DNA of 64,000 nucleotides from Paludibacteraceae bacterium (GTDB lineage Bacteria; Bacteroidota; Bacteroidia; Bacteroidales; Paludibacteraceae): NCBI GenBank assembly GCA_017550335.1, contig JAFZPM010000003.1, positions 15,040 to 79,039 of the forward strand, read 5' to 3'. Shown piece by piece: positions 60,410 to 64,000 of this stretch (position 1 is its first letter; each line of letters starts with the position of its first letter). The notes under the pieces were generated by a model. It saw only the letters and a program-made list of their open reading frames with translations, ran no database searches and was not told where the DNA came from. The position numbers and the translations under genes were made by a program.

Positions 60410-61456
60410 TCAGCGTTTTTTTTCGATATACTTATCCAACTTGCTGATTATCACGTCATTTTCTATCCCGTTCAGACAAGCGTAATCATTCCTTGCGCAA
60501 GGTTTCTTCCCATAGATGGAGCAAGGGCGGCAAGGCAAATCGAGCTGCACGGCGTCCGAAGGGTCCTGCCCGTAGCCATAGAAGCCCGCACACGGATGGG
60601 TCGCTCCCCAGACGGATACGACAGGCGTATTGACAAGCGAGGCGAGGTGCATGTTGGAGGAGTCCATGGAGAAGAGGACATCGCAATGGTTCAGCACTTG
60701 GAGCTCCTCGACGAGCGAGAACTTGCCCGCCATGGAGAGCGTGTTGCGGTATTTGGCCGTCCAGGCATTGAATGTCTCCGTTTCCGCTTTTCCGCCACCA
60801 AACAACAGGATCTGCGTGTCGTCACGCTCCGCATAGTGGGCGATGATCTGTTCGGTCTTCTCCAGCGGGAGAATCTTGCCGGCATGTTGGGCGAAAGGAG
60901 CGATGGCGATGCGGTGGGGCTTGTCCGTCCGGATCACCTCGGCTATCCTATCCGGGAGGGGGGCTCCCTTAGGCAACAGTCCGTCGAAGGCCAAAGCGAA
61001 AGGGTAACCGGCCGCCTCGAAGGCCTCCACGTAGCGTTGCACGGATGTTTTGAGCTGTTTCCTATCCTTGTTTTGAGAGGAGACGAGCCTTTTCTTCTCC
61101 TTCCTTCCTTTGTCGATGACATAGGATTTCTTGCCTGACATCCCGACCATCGTACGCACCTCCTTGCTACGGATCACGTCATGGAGGTCTATCATCTTCT
61201 CGAACGAGTAGTTTCTTCTGATCTTCTTGAAGAGCCTGACCATACCGAAGACACCCTTATAGGTGCTTTTCGTGTCGACAGGCAGGAAGGTCACGCGCTC
61301 CATTCCCTCGAACAGGGAGGAGAGTCTGGGCGAGGAGAGCATGATGACACCCATCTTCGGGTAGGCCTTCAAAAAAGAGGCGATAACAGGAACTGTCATC
61401 GCCACGTCTCCCATAGCGGAAAGCCTCATTACCAAAAGATTCTTCCTCGCCTCCAT
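60410..61456 (-). CDS. glycosyltransferase family 9 (heptosyltransferase-like)
   Basis: 'LLVMRLSAMGDVAMTVPVI' N-terminus, 'GGGKAETE' and 'DSSNMHLASL', 348 aa. Confidence 0.8.
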   Translation of the reverse strand: MEARKNLLVMRLSAMGDVAMTVPVIASFLKAYPKMGVIMLSSPRLSSLFEGMERVTFLPVDTKSTYKGVFGMVRLFKKIRRNYSFEKMIDLHDVIRSKEVRTMVGMSGKKSYVIDKGRKEKKRLVSSQNKDRKQLKTSVQRYVEAFEAAGYPFALAFDGLLPKGAPLPDRIAEVIRTDKPHRIAIAPFAQHAGKILPLEKTEQIIAHYAERDDTQILLFGGGKAETETFNAWTAKYRNTLSMAGKFSLVEELQVLNHCDVLFSMDSSNMHLASLVNTPVVSVWGATHPCAGFYGYGQDPSDAVQLDLPCRPCSIYGKKPCARNDYACLNGIENDVIISKLDKYIEKKR

Positions 61457-61464
61457 CTATGCTA

Positions 61465-62130
61465 TCATTTCCGTCCGTAAAGGATCGGGTTCAAATTAGG
61501 ATCGTTATACATCTTCATCTGCTTGTAGACCTTCATGTACCGGTCGCCGTTCTCGATATCCTTGATGAGTTGGTCGATGGCGGAGGAGAGGTCTTTCCTT
61601 TGCTCCAGCAGGACGTCCAGTTTCTTCTGGCAAGCGGATCGGTGGGACTCGTCGACGTCGGTGCGCTCCACCTCCTTGCGCATATGGTAAATCTTCAGCG
61701 CCAAGATAGAGAGGCGGTCGATGGCCCAAGCGGGGCTCTCCGTGTTGATGACCGCCGTAGGCTTCACGGCGACCGACCCGTATTTCTCCAGGAAATAACT
61801 ATCGATACGCTCGACCAAGTCCGTCCTCTCCTGGTTCGACTTGTCTATCCTACGTTTGATGGACAAAGCCTCCACCGGGTCGATTTCAGGATTCCTGATG
61901 ATGTCCTCCAAGTGCCATTGAACAGTGTCGATCCAATTCTTGAGGTACAATACGCTCTCTATGGTCTGCGCCGGATAAGGATTGCTCATGGCGGCATCCA
62001 CGTTATCTGTCTTGTGGTAATCAACAATCACATCATCGAACAATCTGCTTGCGTCCTGACTGAAACTCATATCTACAAATTTTTTCGCAAAGATAGCGAT
62101 TTTTTTACTAAAAACGATGCGATCGGACAA
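61465..62130 (-). CDS. DUF4254 domain-containing protein
   Basis: 221 aa, immediately upstream of the GT9 gene (8-nt gap). This is the pairing I recall for DUF4254 in Bacteroidota. 'WAIDRLSILALKIYHM' style core. Confidence 0.55.
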   Translation of the reverse strand: MSDRIVFSKKIAIFAKKFVDMSFSQDASRLFDDVIVDYHKTDNVDAAMSNPYPAQTIESVLYLKNWIDTVQWHLEDIIRNPEIDPVEALSIKRRIDKSNQERTDLVERIDSYFLEKYGSVAVKPTAVINTESPAWAIDRLSILALKIYHMRKEVERTDVDESHRSACQKKLDVLLEQRKDLSSAIDQLIKDIENGDRYMKVYKQMKMYNDPNLNPILYGRK

Positions 62131-62146
62131 GTTTCCCGAAGGAGAC

Positions 62147-62245
62147 CCACGGCGGTTTCATTTACCGCATCGGACATTTACAATCAATTACTATCCAATC
62201 ACTTACGTTTCACTATACCATAGGAACGGAAAGTCCGATTGTCTT
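62147..62245 (+). repeat. dispersed ~95-bp intergenic element, copy e
   Basis: ccacggcggtttcatttaccgcatcggacatttacaatcaattactatccaatcacttacgtttcactataccataggaacggaaagtccgattgtcttctg aligns with 45072-45166. Confidence 0.65.
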
Positions 62246-62334
62246 CTGTCTTGTCCGAACTAAAGTCTAATGTCTAACAAGAGAGGGGCGACCGATTATC
62301 AGCCACCCCTCCGTATATCCTTATGGGAGAAGGA

Positions 62335-62781
62335 TTATTTCTCCGTCGGCAATCCCGCTTCTACCCATGCGTCGTATCCGCCCACCAAAAGCGTAACGGA
62401 ACAGAACTTGCAAGCCAACTGGCCAGGGACAGCCATACCATTCGTACCGAAAGCATCTTTGCCTCCATAAACGAACAATGGTTTGTTCACGTCAAACTTA
62501 GCCATCACCTTCTTCACATATGCGCAGTCTCCGTTTGTTCCATCCAACTCGACGACGGAAACAGGAATGCTTTCCGCACCCTTAATGTGTCCTTTGGCAT
62601 AGTCAGCCTCAGAACGATAATCCACGATCTGCGGTACAGCCTGCTGCTCCAAATAGTTGTTGAAAGGCTCCGGATCAGCCTTGTCATGGTCACAAAGCTC
62701 ATCTTTACCACTATGGCACGATACAAATCCGCACACACATATACCAATCAGTACTTGAATAAATAATCTTACTCTCTTCAT
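62335..62781 (-). CDS. rhodanese-like domain protein (probable lipoprotein)
   Basis: Signal/lipobox 'LIGICVCGFVSC'. 'VDYRSEADYAKGHIKGAESIP' is a rhodanese-fold motif. Confidence 0.65.
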   Translation of the reverse strand: MKRVRLFIQVLIGICVCGFVSCHSGKDELCDHDKADPEPFNNYLEQQAVPQIVDYRSEADYAKGHIKGAESIPVSVVELDGTNGDCAYVKKVMAKFDVNKPLFVYGGKDAFGTNGMAVPGQLACKFCSVTLLVGGYDAWVEAGLPTEK

Positions 62782-62929
62782 TTTCTAATCTCCTATTATA
62801 TAATCAGTTAATAATTCATTCAACCAATACATAACAACATTGATGGCAAATATATATTAATATTTTCAATATGGAAAACATATCAGGAATTTTTATTTCC
62901 TCGACACGCATTCTTCGCCGGAACACCAA

Positions 62930-63493
62930 CTATTCTTCCTTCGCGCAAAGGCTGAAATACTTGCTACGTTCGGAATCGAAGTCCTTGCCGAAATCGAAGT
63001 TATGCATCCCACTGTCCCACGCCTTCGCATGGACGCTTTCCTTGACGGAGGCCAATCTCTTTCCGTTCTCATCGCATGCGTAGAGCGTCAACTCCCCGTC
63101 GAAGTTCCTGTGGAATTCGAGGAAGATGAAGACACTTTCACCCAACACATTGCTCTCATAATAATTGATGTCAATGCCTTCCATCGCAGCAGTCGTATCG
63201 AGCCTGATCCGATCATCGGTCTCCGAGTCCGAATCATCCGGAAGACCTATGACCCTGATTCCATTGATTATCCTCCCTTCCTCATCCTCCGCCTCATAAC
63301 CCGCATTGATATTCCCCACGATTTGGGACATGGAAAACGATGTGATAAGGAGCGTCGCACATCCAAACACGATCATTCCGGCGATACCTCCATATAGGAG
63401 TTTGTTCATGTTCTTCACACCGCCCACTATCAACAACACAACGGATGCGAAGCACAAAAAAGATGTTAAAAAAATGATTAAGAATACCGTCAT
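62930..63493 (-). CDS. hypothetical membrane-anchored protein (paralogue of the next gene)
   Basis: Two N-terminal TM helices. The C-terminal 'FLEFHRNFDGELTLYACDENGKRLASVKESVHAKAWDSGMHNFDF' parallels 'YLDFTKDFDGVVALYAYDGNDKKQGFAKDSFHVKAGDEGIYRFDF' in 63585-64000. Confidence 0.5.
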   Translation of the reverse strand: MTVFLIIFLTSFLCFASVVLLIVGGVKNMNKLLYGGIAGMIVFGCATLLITSFSMSQIVGNINAGYEAEDEEGRIINGIRVIGLPDDSDSETDDRIRLDTTAAMEGIDINYYESNVLGESVFIFLEFHRNFDGELTLYACDENGKRLASVKESVHAKAWDSGMHNFDFGKDFDSERSKYFSLCAKEE

Positions 63494-63584
63494 GACAGAC
63501 TTATGTTTTAAACGTTTCTATTTTTGCGATAATATGGCGAGAAAAAGATATATGAGCCCACAAAATCGATTCGTGGAGCCTGCC

Positions 63585-64000
63585 TTATTCCCTCACACAC
63601 AAACGATAATGTCCTATGAACCCGACATTGACACCCTCCTCGAAGTCGAAACGATATATTCCCTCGTCTCCCGCCTTCACATGGAAGGAATCCTTGGCGA
63701 AACCTTGTTTCTTGTCGTTTCCGTCATATGCGTAGAGCGCCACCACTCCATCGAAATCCTTCGTGAAATCAAGATAGATGGATAATCCGTTCTCCGTGCT
63801 CTCGCAATGGTTGACGATGATGCCGGCCTGCACGACGGACGAGTCGGTCACAAAATCCTTTTCCATTCCATTGGCCACGCCAGTCAAAGTGCCTTTGATC
63901 ATCTTTCCAGTTATCTTGCCCCCGGTTTCAGTCACATCACGCGCAGTATCCGCCACACTGTCCGTAGTGACAGAATTTACCGCATTGTAAACGGAACACA
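63585..64000 (-). CDS. hypothetical protein, 5'-truncated at the window edge (paralogue of 62930-63493)
   Basis: The minus-strand frame stays open from 63956 to nt 64000 (..CSVYNAVNSVTTDSVADTARD..), so the gene starts beyond the window. Confidence 0.45.
   Translation of the reverse strand, partial: CSVYNAVNSVTTDSVADTARDVTETGGKITGKMIKGTLTGVANGMEKDFVTDSSVVQAGIIVNHCESTENGLSIYLDFTKDFDGVVALYAYDGNDKKQGFAKDSFHVKAGDEGIYRFDFEEGVNVGFIGHYRLCVRE

Overview
This is a 64-kb chromosomal window from a Bacteroidales-type genome. That assignment is inferred from TAnnTTTG -7 promoter boxes, several T9SS (Por) C-terminal sorting domains, an RprX/RprY-like two-component pair and Bacteroidota-typical DUF families; the genus cannot be determined by eye. 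I support about 50 protein-coding genes, including three below or at the edge of the ORF track: rubredoxin, ribosomal protein L34 and an 18-codon Trp-rich leader ORF. I recognised no rRNA, tRNA, CRISPR array, integrase or transposase.

Housekeeping and metabolic content: alpha-2-macroglobulin, CstA, an MscS-family channel, FolB, RsmD, a RecD-like helicase, TrpB2, ArgC, a CPA2 antiporter, a 1411-aa fused BcrAD/BadFG-type activase protein, rubrerythrin plus rubredoxin, RluD, L34, and a GT9/DUF4254 pair. Glycan-degrading T9SS cargo is also present (GH43, GH5, an arabinofuranosidase-like C-terminal fragment).

Most unusual content:
1. Six secreted paralogues (41.5-43.4 kb on +, 50.1-56.2 kb on -) have AT-rich hypervariable N-terminal halves fused to a GC-rich, near-identical C-terminal module. 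They sit in opposed clusters, and a gingipain-like C25 peptidase gene starts 12 nt after the stop of one of them.
2. A classical-looking Trp attenuator (mini-ORF MILMNVFRNYSKRWWRRF plus an intrinsic terminator) lies directly upstream of the stand-alone trpB2.
3. A 1.46-kb AT-rich non-coding tract with a repeated TTGTGGAA motif lies upstream of the paralogue array.
4. Several intergenic repeat families occur: a dispersed ~50-100-bp element built from GTAAAT-type heptamers, 40-bp and 33-bp tandem repeats, and perfect palindromes flanking two AAA_14/DUF4143-type ATPase genes.

All family assignments come from motif recognition by eye. No database search or computation was run.
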